Positions 25,286-37,679 of a DNA stretch of 64,000 nucleotides are shown in pieces. The stretch comes from Vicugna vicugna (lineage: Eukaryota). Each line of letters opens with the position of its first letter. The first letter of the stretch is position 1. The notes beneath the pieces are model-generated. The model ran no database searches. It was not told the origin of the DNA and saw only the letters and a program-made list of their open reading frames with translations. A program made the position numbers and the translations under genes. The stretch lies in NCBI GenBank assembly GCA_013265495.1, contig MU057880.1:1518527-1582526 (forward strand). The letters run 5' to 3'.

Positions 25286-26404
25286 GGCAAGTTTAGAATT
25301 TCTTTTATATGCAGCCAGTTAGCAGTTACATTATACTAACAAAATTATACTGAACCCGAATGTCTTCGAGACATTTCTAAGATGCTGACCACGAGAGGAA
25401 TAAAAGTGAAAAAGAAAATGAGGAATTTTAAATTTGAGGGAAATGATATGAATTCAACACATTGCTTTATGTATCGGTAGACTTATATAGCATTTTATAT
25501 CAAAGGTGGTAAAATTATAAAATTAGGAAAGGTGAAATACACTTAATTTAATTGATGAAACATCTTCCCTTTATTGGGTATCTGAAATAGAAATTGCATG
25601 CTTGAGAGACTAAATAAAATGTTTTACCTGCTACACTGATGTGGAATGAAAAGGGAGGGAGATATTGCATATTAAGGCGTCAGATACAGTCACAGACCAG
25701 ACAAGTCTGAAGACTGGGCCTCTGGGGAACTGACATTCTCTTTTGCAATGTTACTGTAAACACCAGAAATGTGCCGTGGTTATTTTTCATTGGTTATTTT
25801 CTCAGTAAGATCCAGGTCAGTAAGTGACATGCAGACTGTCAGAAATCAGGAAGCCATGCCTCTCTGTCTGTGTTTTCTCTTAGTTCATATGAAAAATTCT
25901 GTGAATTGCCATAGTATCTGCCGTGAACTTTTCCAGTTGTAAGGTAACAAATTTGAATTGAATATTTCTCAAAATATTTCAATTTTCTCTATATGCTGCC
26001 ATATTTTCCATACTATTAACTTCTATTAAATATCAGCATTCTATTTGCATTTTCTGCTTCTTTCTTTGAATAAATTTGTACTCAACCCAAATCATGTTTC
26101 CTTGGGGTCATTAATGCTTATGATTATCTTTAGTGTTCCAGATTTCTTCAGTCATGAGTGAATGTTGTATAATGCACCGAAGTTGTCTTCTCTTTATTAT
26201 GCAGATTTGATTATTCAGTTATAATTTAAAAAATTTGATCCATTCATAGTTCTAACATTTTAGAATCACATTCCTGTATTCATACTGGTTGTTAATCATG
26301 TGAGCATCCTTAAAATTGTCTGTAGAGTGATTTCTCCTCTTCCAGATTTTGGGTAGTATTGAAAGTGGACACTCAACTCTTGGCTTTGCCGGGAGAACTG
26401 GAAG

Positions 26405-26510
26405 AATTAGAGTTTTCGTGTTTTCTGAGTGTACACCCAGGAGTCAGATTGCTGGATCCTATGGTAGCTCTATTCTTCGTGCTTTAAGGAACCTCCATGC
26501 TGTTCTCCAT
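26405..26510 (-). mobile_element. Isolated ~105-bp internal L1 ORF2 fragment
   Basis: CCCAGGAGTCAGATTGCTGGATCCTATGGTAGCTCTATT...AGGAACCTCCATGCTGTTCTCCATA is homologous to 56400-56500 of the young L1. No 3'UTR or tail. Confidence 0.8.
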
Positions 26511-28999
26511 ATTGTGAACTGTCTAACAGTAAAGGTCTACTCTGCTTGAGCCCTGTGTGAGCAATCTTTTATATTCCTGGCAAAAAAAATTCTAATCCTA
26601 CATGATACTTAGATATCATCTATATTTTTCTTATGCTGGCCTTGATGTTTGGTATTTTTCTGTACAATTTGTATTCATTTTTAGAGTTTCCAGCTCAATG
26701 GAATAATCTCATGATCTTTAGCATCTATGTTCTACAGTTGGATGCCACTTTTATGCCTTCATTTACTTATGACTTTGTTTTTTTTTTTTCTTGGTCAGTT
26801 TTGGTTTTTATATTTGTCTTTTAGATGAACTTCATTGATCACTTCTATTGATCTTCACTGCATAGGGGAGCCTTGTGGATCGCTAGTCTCAGGTCTCAGG
26901 AATAGATTTTTATAGCATAGGAAGCCTCGTTATTTTAGGTGTAAAAATACATAACCCAGAATTCTTTTCAGACGGCAAGTCATGGACATCTTGCTCTATT
27001 TCTTTTGTAATTTAATCATTAGTCTTTAGTTTCGCACAGCTTTGGTTTGAGAAATTGATTCACTTTCATAAAACATAGACTTTTACATCCATCAACTCTA
27101 ATTATAATCATTATTCCCTTATTATAAAAATCCTCTACATTGTCATGGTCCCATTCTTACTGTCAATTTTGTTTACATTCTTATTATGTGGCCTAGAGAT
27201 TGGTCTGTTTTCCTGATTTTCAAAAATTAGTTTTATCTTTTATTTACATATTATTTTTTGAATACCACCTCATTAGTTTTTGAATCAATGTATAATCTTT
27301 TATCTTTTGTCCTGCTTGCTATTCTTATTGTTAGTATTACTACATAAACCCTTCAGAGATTGTTTGAAACATTCTCCTAAGTATTTAGGTTCTCAGAAGA
27401 GTGTAGACTTTAGCAGAGGAGTGGGAGGATTTTCTATGGATTTTCTCAGAAAGACAAATGTTTGTCATGTCCTTTGTTCAGTAACTAGTTGAATGCCTTT
27501 TGCAGAATGTTTGGGTCCTATTTCTGTAAACACTCTCCCCTATATATCTCTGATGAGATGAAAATCATGTGATTTTACTAAAAAATATGCTTGGGGGACA
27601 AATTGCAATCATACGTAATTACTAATAAATATATTAGGTGCACTGGACCCCTGAGCCCATGAGAGATACAAAGGAATCAGAATCTTGCAGTGGAAACCAG
27701 AGTCTTTATTTTAGCACATTTCCCCAGGTGATTCTGATACATAGCCAGACTTCCTTCCCAGTGGCTTTGAACAGTTAAGTCTTTTGCTTATAATATGTAG
27801 ACATGCATGTGGGATGAATGAGTTTAACTACTTCCTAACCATATGCAAAACAGAATTTTGAAAAAAGTTTCATTGCTAATCTAAGGCATTAAACGAAGTC
27901 CTAAAAGATTCAGACTTTCGCTTGTTACATTATCTGGTAACTAGTACCTGGAAAGTCTTTGTCTAATCACGGAAAGAGAAAATGGGTTCTGAACGTGTTC
28001 AGTTAATGTGAAAATAGAATACAGAATACAGTTTAACTTTGTGAAGAGAGAACTTCTGTCAGTATATGTGTTGAATTTGAAATGTCTGCATTTTCAAGTC
28101 CCTTTGGGAAAACAACTCTGGCTTTGTTAGCAATGTGGTAGTTGTAACCATAGGAGTGTAAGATTTGAATGACGTTTGAGGGAATTATCCATCTTCTGCC
28201 AAACTCTTCATGACCTGTGCTAGTTTCAGTGGTCAGTCGTCGCCGCCTCAGAGTCCTAGGGAAGTGATGGGCTTATTCTTGAGACATAAGCATCACTTTC
28301 TGCTGATGAGGCTGGTGAGATGTGACATGGTGGCCAGCACTCCCTGCTCCTGCTGGCGGAGGTGGCCCCGCTGATTCAGTGTGCTTCAGAAGCACTCCAC
28401 GAATTCAGCCACATCCCGATCATTATAGTTCCCCTTTCTTACTACCTCTGTAATGCCGCAAACTCAAACACATTTTGGATATTCCAAGGTCTTTGGTGCA
28501 GAACTTGATGGAAAAGACTATAGAATCATACGTAACACACTTGAAATTATATCTGCATTTAAAAATGCCAGCTTTCCTCTGTGATCTAGTGGGCATTCAC
28601 CACATGTTTGATGAGCTCTCATCTCATGAAGACTCTTCTGACGGGACATACTGAATCCTGTGTTCCCAAGTTAGAAGCTAGAACCTTGCCAGCCTTCCGG
28701 TCGGTGGTCTGCATGACCCGGGCTCTGGCCATCAGCAGTTGTGCGACACTCACCACTTGGGGAGGTGAGTAGACACAATGTAAACCCATCTTTCCAGTAG
28801 GGATGGTAGGGGAGCTTGGGGAACACCGTATCCAGTCACAAAGGCGTGAGCAGCAGTGGTGGTGACGCTTTCCCTGAAGCAGCCCTCTCGCTGTGGGTGG
28901 CTCGCTGGTCTACGCAGCTGGGTTTGCCTCTCAGCTTCCTTAGAGATGCTCTGAGCTGCCTCATGTCTTCAACCATTTACTGTTATTTAAGATGGAGTC

Positions 29000-29415
29000 T
29001 CATCTCTGCACCACAGAACTCTGACCTTCCACGTGCTCTCGCCCTTGCTAACCACATTCCAAGGACTTTGATTTCCTTCCTGTCTTCTCAAAGACACCAC
29101 TTTGTCCCAAGCTCAGGCTCTTCATTTCGTGTTCCTTCTGCCTCAAATACAGATGTTCTCAGAGTTCTCTCTCGGCCTCTTCTCTAACAGCACCCTTTCA
29201 AAGACGCCGTCCTCACCGCGTCTCTCTTCTTCTATCCTGTGATCACTAGCACGTTCCTTGCTTGGCTGGCTGGTTGGTCTCTGTTTTTCATGTCTTCCTC
29301 ACAGCATGAGGACAGGACTCTTATTTGTCTTGTTTACTGAAGTATTTTCAGAATCTGCAGCAGAGCCTGGGAAATAGTTGACATTCACTCAATATGAACA
29401 AATGAATAAACGAAT
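29000..29415 (+). mobile_element. L2 3' end
   Basis: CATGAGGACAGGACTCTTATTTGTCTTGTTTACTG...CAGAGCCTGG...ACTCAATATGAACAAATGAATAAACGAAT. Confidence 0.7.
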
Positions 29416-30489
29416 ATGCTGAATGTACTATTTCACTTTCAAGAGCTGTTTGAGGACAGTGTTAAGAATTCTAGATTTGTACTTCGGTCTAGTAGGAGAA
29501 AGAATTGGGAAACCCAAAGGAGACTTGAGCTAGAGATAGAAAAAGAGAATATGGAGAACACTGAGGATTTTTTCTAAGGGAAAAATGGTGATGCAAAGGA
29601 TAAAACCAAAATGTAGTCATTTGGAGAGATTATCAAACATACATTCCTAGCTACACTGTACTGAGAGCCTCACAAGGAATCGCCAGGGAAAAAAGAAGAT
29701 CTAAGAAATGTAAGATGTTCTTGGCATTTTAATGTTCAGAAATAGGGGAGAAGAAGAAAGGTTTTTAGAAACGGAAAAAGAAAAGATAAAAAAAATATGA
29801 GTGATGCAGCCCTGACATGGTTGGAAATAAGTTTTCCCAAGAGCTTACATTACTCTGAGCAAAAAATTTGAAGGCATCCCTTGGGGTAAGTTCTTCACAA
29901 GCAGAAATAATTGTTTAGTGTCTGTGTTCTCAAGTTCATCCTATGAAACAGACGATGAAACACTGATATTCTGGGAGACAACATTAATCGCTGTAAGATT
30001 TGATATGTAATCACGGAGTACTAGGTAATTCCTAATACTGACAAACTTGCAAATGATGTCTCTTCAATCACTTTTCTAATTAGTCAGTAAACATCTTGCT
30101 GCTCGTGACCATTCCAATTTAAATTGTCAGGCAGTGCTGTCTACCGTTACTCCACACGTTCTAACCAAAAAAAGAAAAAAGCAATTATGCCAAGATAGCA
30201 ACTGTAGTTTTGATGATCATGGCTAATTGGGTAACTGGGCATGATTCACGTTCTATTGCTTATCCCATCAGAATGTAATTACGATAGCATTTTCCACTAT
30301 CCCATGGGCATATGTATTTCTCTTCTCTCCAAAAAAATGTAGTGTGTAATATAAATAGGTAAATAAAATTTCCCTCCTAAGGAGAAGTACAGATTACTTT
30401 TTAATTCATGTAGGAGATAGAAACTATTACTATAGGCTAAGTGACTACATACATGTTTTCATAGGTAGTAGAATTTATACAGGACATCA

Positions 30490-30750
30490 TAATAAAAACA
30501 GGAGGCATTTACTGAACTAGTATTATGTGCAGGGAATTCTTACCAGGGCGTTACATATATGAACAAGCTTACTCCTCGCCACTACCTTATGAGCTAGCTT
30601 CTTTATTATTTCCATGTTATATATGAGAAAAGTAAATTTTTGGCAGAGCTAGTGAGTTGTTCAAGTTTAGACAATAAATGAATGATGGGGTCGGGATTTT
30701 CACCCAGAAACACTGCCATCAACTCTGTGGCCTTAACTGTGGGGCAATAC
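30490..30750 (-). mobile_element. MIR SINE
   Basis: GCATTTACTGAACTAGTATTATGTGCAGG...ATATGAGAAAAGT...GGGATTTTCACCCAG. Confidence 0.7.
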
Positions 30751-30851
30751 TGCCTTGACGGTGGGACAAGACGGGTTCTGAGTCAGTCCAACTCAGATTT
30801 GGGACTTGGAGAGTAGTCCTCAACCTCTTTCAAATCTAAAATCTTCATCTA

Positions 30852-30992
30852 GCGGGGAGGGTCGAGCTCAGTGGTAGAGTGCCTGCATGCCAGCGGGGTC
30901 CTGGGTTCAATCCCCAGTACCTCCATTACAAATAAATAAATACCTAATTACTTACCCCCCAGAAGGAAAAGAATTTTAAAAATCTTAAAAAA
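30852..30992 (+). mobile_element. tRNA-derived camelid SINE (Vic-1-like) with TSD, inserted in a probable MIR
   Basis: A-box-like GAGCTCAGTGG, B-box GGTTCAATCCC, AATAAATAAATACCTAATTAC. TSD TAAAA(T/A)CTTCATCTA at 30837-30851 and 30993-31007. Confidence 0.92.
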
Positions 30993-31292
30993 TAAAAACT
31001 TCATCTACAATAAATAAGTAAATAAATGATAATTATCAAACCGACTCATAATAATACCTACTGGGAAGGGCTGTCCTGTTGCTGGAAAGCCATATAACTT
31101 TGTAAAAGCACGCAGCATGCTGCTCAGGACTTACTATTATAGCTTTGGCTGTCGGTCCCTGGTTATCTTCCTGTGTCAGAAAATCGTGCCTAAAGCGGCA
31201 GTACTTTGTCTTGCTGCTTCCCCTGTTTTGTGACTTGAGTGGGAGAAGGTCGCTGTGGGGCAGATTCTCCCCTCCCGCCAACGGCGCACCAG

Positions 31293-31378
31293 AGGCGCGT
31301 GGCTGCCGGGCGGGGGCGTGGCTGCCGGGTGGGGGCGTGGCTTCCGGGTGGGGGCGTGGCTGCCAGGCTGGGGCGTGC
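31293..31378 (+). repeat. 19-bp GC-rich minisatellite (GGGGGCGTGGCTGCCGGGY), ~4.5 copies
   Basis: Units at 31293, 31312, 31331, 31350, plus a partial at 31369. Confidence 0.95.
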
Positions 31379-32345
31379 GTGGGAACTGCCGCCCCGCCTG
31401 TTCTACGAGACTTCGCAGCATCACCTCGTGTTGCAATCGGTCTCTGTTACTGTGAAGGCTTACTTTTCCCCCACCTTGGCTGATTTTAAAATGTAATATT
31501 TTGAAAGAAGAACCCTTCCTACCTAGTGCAGCTACTTCTGACTGTTATTGGATAGGTCATCTGTCTCCAGAAGCCAAGTTTCAGCCTCTCCTTTCTTCTC
31601 CCCTCTCCTCCCTCCTTCATTCCTTCCTTTCTTCACTCCTTCCTTCTCTCTTTTTTGTTTTCTTTGATGTTTTTCTTGGCACAAACTTTTCTTTTAATTT
31701 ATCCATTTAAGGATTTTAAATAATGGTATTTCAAATATGAAAGCAGACTTGTTAAAGGACTATCATCTCACCATCATAGAAACGCACAAAAAGCCTTCCA
31801 TGGAAGAATATTAATTACTGTAAGCTTTAATATGTTAACAGTGGAGTTTAACAAATAAAAGCATTTGGAACCTCCCCCTAGTGATGCTTTCTCTCTTTGA
31901 TTCATATTATTGGAAGCACTCTGCAGAACTGAAAATATTTCCCCAAATCAGAATTCAGATAATATTCTGAGAAACAATTGTGAAGCATTACATTAGAAAA
32001 CATTGTTGTCTTGGATTTTCATTATTTCCCAGGTACCGGAGTTACTGCTGGTTGCTGGGGGCTTACTCCCACTTTTAATACTTAAGTGTAGATCATGTAA
32101 TTAAAAATGTTGTTAATAGCTATTAATACTGAGTGACTGAGGAGACCGGAAACTGGGGCCATTTGAATAAGTCTAACATTGAAAAAGACTGGCTGGCATG
32201 GATTCTGGTAGGAGATAAAGTAGTGTGTCTCCCACATCCTACCATTTCTGGTGAGAGGTCTGAGGCTTGTGTCCAGAGTTTATACAAGGGTGGTGCCAAT
32301 CTCCAACACAGTGTGAGGTAAGGAGGCCCAAGACAAGTTCCATGA

Positions 32346-32448
32346 CTTTCTTCCTTCCTTCCTTCCTTCTTTTCTTCCTTTCTTCTTCCCTCCCTCCCTC
32401 TCTCTCTCTTTCCTTCCTTCCTTCCTTCGTTCCTTCTTTCTTTCTTTC
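32346..32448 (+). repeat. (TTCC)/(TTTC) polypyrimidine microsatellite
   Basis: About 100 bp almost purely pyrimidine. Confidence 0.95.
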
Positions 32449-32466
32449 TGGTAAGGAATCATTTCA

Positions 32467-32696
32467 TTTTTTTTTTAGTTTTTTTTTTTAACATTTTTTG
32501 TTGAAGTGTAGTCGACTTACAATGTTAGTTTCAGATGTAGAGCAAAGTGATTCAGTTACACATGTACTTACATAGATACATTTTCTTTTTACTTTTCAGA
32601 TTCTTTTCCATTATAGGTTATTACAAGATACTGAATATAATTCCCTGTGCTCTACAGTAGGTCCTTGTTTATCTCTTTTATATACAGTAGTGTGTG
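32467..32696 (-). mobile_element. Short L1 3'UTR insertion
   Basis: Poly-T then AACATTTTTTGTTGAAGTGTAG...TTCCCTGTGCTCTACAGTAGG. Confidence 0.88.
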
Positions 32697-33069
32697 GTCA
32701 TGACCCTTTTCTTGCATCACTTACATTCTTCTAAGGTTTGTTTCCCTTTATCACATTTCTTTAACCAACCAGGAAAAAAAATGTATTCATATTAAAAATA
32801 AGTTGTTGATTACCACAGAGGATTAAATAAGTTACCAGTCGAGGATGGCATGTTATGAGTTATTTTGTTGAGAAGACATTATTTCTCAATTCATGGTTGA
32901 TACAATATACTCTATTGAAAAAGAGGAGTGTTAGAAACAACTAGACATTTTGAAGCCAAGATACTATATTGTGAGGAAGAGCATAAAAACAGAAGAAGAA
33001 AGATAACACTGGAGACTTGAAGAGGCAACAAGGCAACAGGAAGCAGAATGGGTTAAAAGAAGAATCAGT

Positions 33070-33570
33070 TAGACACACATCTGAGTTCATTCCTGGACCA
33101 TCTATTCTGTTTCATACTTTTACTTTTGTATCGTTTTGCCAATACCACACTGTCAGAAGGCTGTTGGGTAAACTAAGTACTGAAATTCCACACTGTAGCC
33201 CTCTGAGAGGCATTTGTATTGTCAGTTGTCTGATCAAATATTTCCACTGGTCTTTAGTCTTTTTACTGTTGATTTGTTCATGTATTCTGGACAAAAATCT
33301 TTTGTTAGTTATATAGATTGCAAATATTTTACTCTTACCTTTGGCTTGTCTATTCATTTTATTTTTAATGACATCTTCAGAGAAAGAGAATATTTTCTTT
33401 TGAGAAAGCCCAATTTATCAATTTTGCTTTTTTCTGGTTAGCGCTTTTGGTGTCTACCTAAGAAATCTTTGCTTCCCTTAATAGCCTGAAGATAACTCTC
33501 CTATAACATCTTTTAGATGTTTTTTAGTTTGAGCTTTTGCATTTAAGCCTACAATCTATCCTGAAACTGG
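33070..33570 (-). mobile_element. Old L1 ORF2 fragments
   Basis: Minus ORF 33112-33357 (KIFAIYITNKRFLSRIHEQINSKK) resembles L1 ORF2 KIFA..DKGLISRIYKEL. Confidence 0.7.
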
Positions 33571-33659
33571 TATTTACTGAAGAGATAAGAAAACTTATAT
33601 CAACATTACATTTTAACAAGAATATGCATAAGAAACTTATCCAAACTAACTCTACAAAG

Positions 33660-34100
33660 GAAACCAAATTAGTATGAAGAAGAAATGCATAAACAAATCA
33701 TATTATATCCACACAGTGGAATACTACTGAGCAATAAAAAGGGATAAAATACTGTTATACTCACAACTGGGATAAATCACATAAATGTTATCTTGCACAA
33801 AAGAAGTCAGACACAAAAAATGCATTTCTATGATTCCATGCATATGAAATCCAAGAATAAACAGCATTATGTGAGGGTCATAGAAATCAGAAAGTGTTTC
33901 ACTCTGATCCTGAGGTGATGATAAGTCAGGATTTTACTGACTAGTAATGAGCAGGAGAAGCTTTCTGGGATGATGGAAATGTTCTACATCTTGTTTCGGA
34001 TGGAGGTTACATGCTGTGCATCATCGTGAAAACCTATCAAAATGACATGTGAAATCTGTACATTTCACTTTACATACCTGTCTGTCAATCACTTTCTAAA
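33660..34100 (+). mobile_element. Old L1 (L1MC/MD/ME-type) 3' end
   Basis: ATATCCACACAGTGGAATACTACTGAGCAATAAAAAGG...AAGAAGTCAGACAC...CTTTCTGGGATGATGGAAATGTTCTACATCTTG. Confidence 0.8.
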
Positions 34101-35221
34101 AGATAGAATTAGAAGGACATTAAAAGGAATCATGAAATTCTATCAATGGCAAATTTAACATTAACAGCTATTTCATAAAAAATATGAATATGCCTCTCAG
34201 AGATGTATTGTCTGCCAACCGTGTTCAGTGCCCATGGCAACCTACACATGAACAATCAGAGTGACCTTATCTCAACGTGAGCTCACATACAAGTAACTGC
34301 TTAAAAACTGCCAGCATTTTTTGTGTGTGTGTATTTTGTTTCATACCCTTTGGAGATATCATTTCCATCAATTACTCATTCACGGCCAGCAGTGATTTTC
34401 ATTATCAGCTGAGCACACTGCTTTTTCCCACCCTGGCTAACAAGGTCAGTAATGTGAATCTATGGCTTTAAAAAGGTGAAAATTCATCAGAAGCCAATAA
34501 ATGTGTGGAGAGATGTTAAAGGAGAAATTATCCCTAAACCAGCAATGTGTTAATGCCCAGGACCAGCTCTAGGTAACAATTTTAATAAAGAAGTATATCT
34601 TCAGCATCCCAAGAATGCTTCTTATTTTTCCCATAAAAATCACATCACGTTCACTGCTTAAACACCACGTTTCCCCTCAGGGGACTGACCCCCCCCCCGG
34701 TGTGCCTGAGTGTCCCTTAGTGTCCAGTACACGTTTGCCATATTTCCACACATGTTGCTTTCACTAAACCATTCTTCACTTAACATAAGGGGGAGGTGAG
34801 ATCCAGATGCTAAGTAACTCCTCTGAAACTGCACAGCTTATAAAGAAAAGATGCAACATTTAGAGCCTGCACCTTCCATCACCACACCCTGTGCCTTTCC
34901 CAGATGTCCTTTCCCTGTTATGCTATTGTCCTACTAAGCACCTACTCTGTACTGGAAACCCAGGTTGACCCTGAGAGTTCAGATGCTACCGAAGGACCTC
35001 CTGGAAAATGGTCTCAAACTTCAGAAATGTCAGAGGGGAAGTAGTCTCCAGTGCAAATGTCTCAGCCTTGTCATCTTATACACGGGGGCAGCCAGTCCTG
35101 TCTCCTTCCAGTTAGAATTCCAAGCCATGAAGATCACAGAAGAGTCACCCATGGCTTAGAATGGGATGTGAAAGAAAAAGGCCAAAACACCTTCCACATC
35201 TATTCTTATGTGCATTCCTTT

Positions 35222-35753
35222 TGTTAGAGCAGGCAGACAGCAAGATGTGAGCAGAGAAAGGAGGGGCCAAATGCACAAAACCACACATCTTGTGAACAAT
35301 AGGGGTCCCTGGGCAGACAGAGAAAAGCAGGAACCTCTGGGCTGATAACAAACCATCCATTTTGGGGTGACAAGTGTCCCGGAGGCTGACAAAGGATGGT
35401 AGGAAAAGGCAGGAATCCCCAGTGTCTGAATGCAACCTTCTGCTCATTATGCCCTCATTTCAAGCAAATTAGCCTTGCAGATTAGAAGCCCCCATCATGG
35501 ACGGACACCATGACACTTCCAACCCAGACTAAATAAGGACAAAAATCCCTCCTCCCTTTGGGAAGGTGGAGCTGGGATGAAAATCAAGGAATATGACCCC
35601 AAATCCTTCCCTCCCCAATGAATATTCCATCCATTCATTTTTACATCCCATATAACCAGCTTGTCAAAGAAATAGGGCAGCTGCTCACCTGAGTCTGCCC
35701 GCTCTTCCCTTGAGAGTGCATTATCACTTAATCAATCCTCACTTTGCTTTCTT

Positions 35754-35796
<43 letters not shown>

Positions 35797-35832
35797 AATT
35801 CTTTCTGCAAAGAGGGAAGGACCAAAAAGACA
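35222..35832 (+). mobile_element. ERV1-class solo LTR (MER50/MER51-like) containing (CT)n at 35756-35789
   Basis: Starts TGTTAGAGCAGGCAGACAGC. TATA-like CATATAA, then GCTCTTCCCTTGAGAGTG..TTAATCAA..CTCTGAATTCTTTC (R/U5 pattern). TSD not clear. Confidence 0.7.
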
Positions 35833-35834
35833 AT

Positions 35835-36302
35835 AAACAGCTAAAATAAACTACCATAAATTTACTGGCTTAAATGAAAAAAAAATGTATTCTTGTACAG
35901 TTCTGGAGTGCCAAAGTCTGAAACGGGTTTCCCCAGGTTAAAGCCAGGGTGCGGGCAGAAGTGAGCTCTCTCTGGAGGCAACGAGGAGAATCTCCTCACT
36001 CAACTTCTCCAGCTTCTCGAGGCTGCCTGCGCCCTTGGCTCACCACCCCTTCTCCATCTGATAGCCAGTGGTACATGGCTTCTTCCAACTTCCTCCGACT
36101 CTGCCCTCTGCTTCCCTTTCCACAGGTGAACAACCTTGTGACTTCACTGGGCCCACCTGAATAATCCAGGATATCCGCTCCATCTTCAGAGCCTTAATTA
36201 GATCACAGCTGCAAAGCCCTTCTTGCCATGTAAGATAACAACCCCCTAGAGTCTAGAAATTAGGACACAGGCATCTTGGAGGGGTAGACACTTCCTGACT
36301 GC
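35835..36302 (-). mobile_element. MaLR LTR (MLT1-type)
   Basis: CAGTTCTGGAG..AAGTCTGAAA, CTGGGCCCACCTGAATAATCCAGGAT, TTGCCATGTAAGATAACA. Confidence 0.85.
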
Positions 36303-37269
36303 ATTATAGGAAAATTTTCCTGCAATTATAGAGTCCATAAAAACTCCCTGGACTGGAAATGTAGCTATCCATAAATTTATACATTTAATAGCCAACATAG
36401 ATATTCTTTTCCAAAGTCAACTACTTTTTGAGCCCCCAAAATGTTTCCGGAGGAAAGAAGAGTCTGAAAACATTCTTAATTGGCAGAGAAATCACTCCAC
36501 AATCTGGATAACAGATATATGTATGTATATATATATATTTTTAATAGTCCCTTAGTCTCTCTCCCCTCTCTCTCCCTCCTGGCTCTCTCTTTCTCTGATC
36601 TCCAACCCCATTTCTCACATACACGCATGCACAGCTAAATCCCCTCTGCGTATTCTTAGCAGCAAATTCACAATGATAAAGAAAAGATCTAGTTCAGAAG
36701 TGTATTTCACTTGGTCTTAAATAGAAAGCACTCATACAAGGAGGAAAATATTGCACATGTCCAGGGGATTGCCTGAGGGGTGTGACACGTCCTTCCCAGG
36801 AGAGACATCCTTGTGGTTTAAGCTAAATTTATGGCAGGAATTTGATGGGTTGGCTCAGTCCTCTGATGCCTTTGCATAATGGACTGTGCTGGACTTGGCA
36901 GGTAAGTTGGAGAGCAGGAATTCACATGGAACTTGCTCCTGGGAGGGGGTAAAACATCCCTCGTTAACGTGCGCTTTGGAGAGCTTCCTTGAGCTATAAC
37001 CTTGGTAGATGGTGGATCTAGGATCATTACCCACCCATGACAAACACGGCCCATGGGAAGTCGTGTTTCCTCCAAATGTGGGTTGCAAATGGACTAGTTG
37101 TTTACAAGAACCACATTTCATGCAAAGTTAAGCAGTGATGAGTTGACTATGGAAGCTGCTTTCTCTAAATTGCAAGGACAGATAGAACATCAATTCCCAA
37201 ATTTGAAAACCACTCAAAAATATACCTTTATCCAATTAAAAAAAAAAACAAAAAACGAAGGTCTGTGAT

Positions 37270-37440
37270 TTAGAATAATTAGCAGACAGAATGATAGGAT
37301 TCCATTTCCAAATCAAGTCCTTAGTAGCTGGGTGACTTTGCTTAATTATTGAAACTCACTGCACATCAGTCCCTTCACTTCTAAAATATGGATGAAAACA
37401 CCCCGTTTGCCTACATTTCAGTGATGTTCTGAGGATTTCT
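37270..37440 (+). mobile_element. MIR SINE
   Basis: TTAGTAGCTGGGTGACTTTG...CATCAGTCCCTTCACTTCTAAAATATGGATG...GTTCTGAGGATT. Confidence 0.65.
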
Positions 37441-37679
37441 ACAATCTAAAAGCATTTTTTTGGGAAAGCATCTGGTATCCTCCCAAGTTATAGAATTCCA
37501 TACCAGCTTCATTAAATCTTTGTACTTGGGAAGCGTTTAATCCCATGCCTGGCACACGAGCATGTTAATTATCACCAAATGTTAATACAAGATGTGAAAG
37601 AGGTGATAACAAATGAAGCTGCAGGTTTTTAGTCTTTTTTGTCAACTTTGGAATAATCGATACCTATTTGCCTTTCCCT

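Noticed and set aside
30852..30925. tRNA genes (also 21324, 52200, 58320)
   Set aside because: They have A-rich tails, TSDs and broken cloverleaves, so they are tRNA-derived SINEs.
36800..36901. 102-nt exon-like segment (CTTCCCAG / CAG-GTAAGT)
   Set aside because: Stops in all three frames and a short pyrimidine tract. At most a non-coding exon, and unsupported without RNA data.
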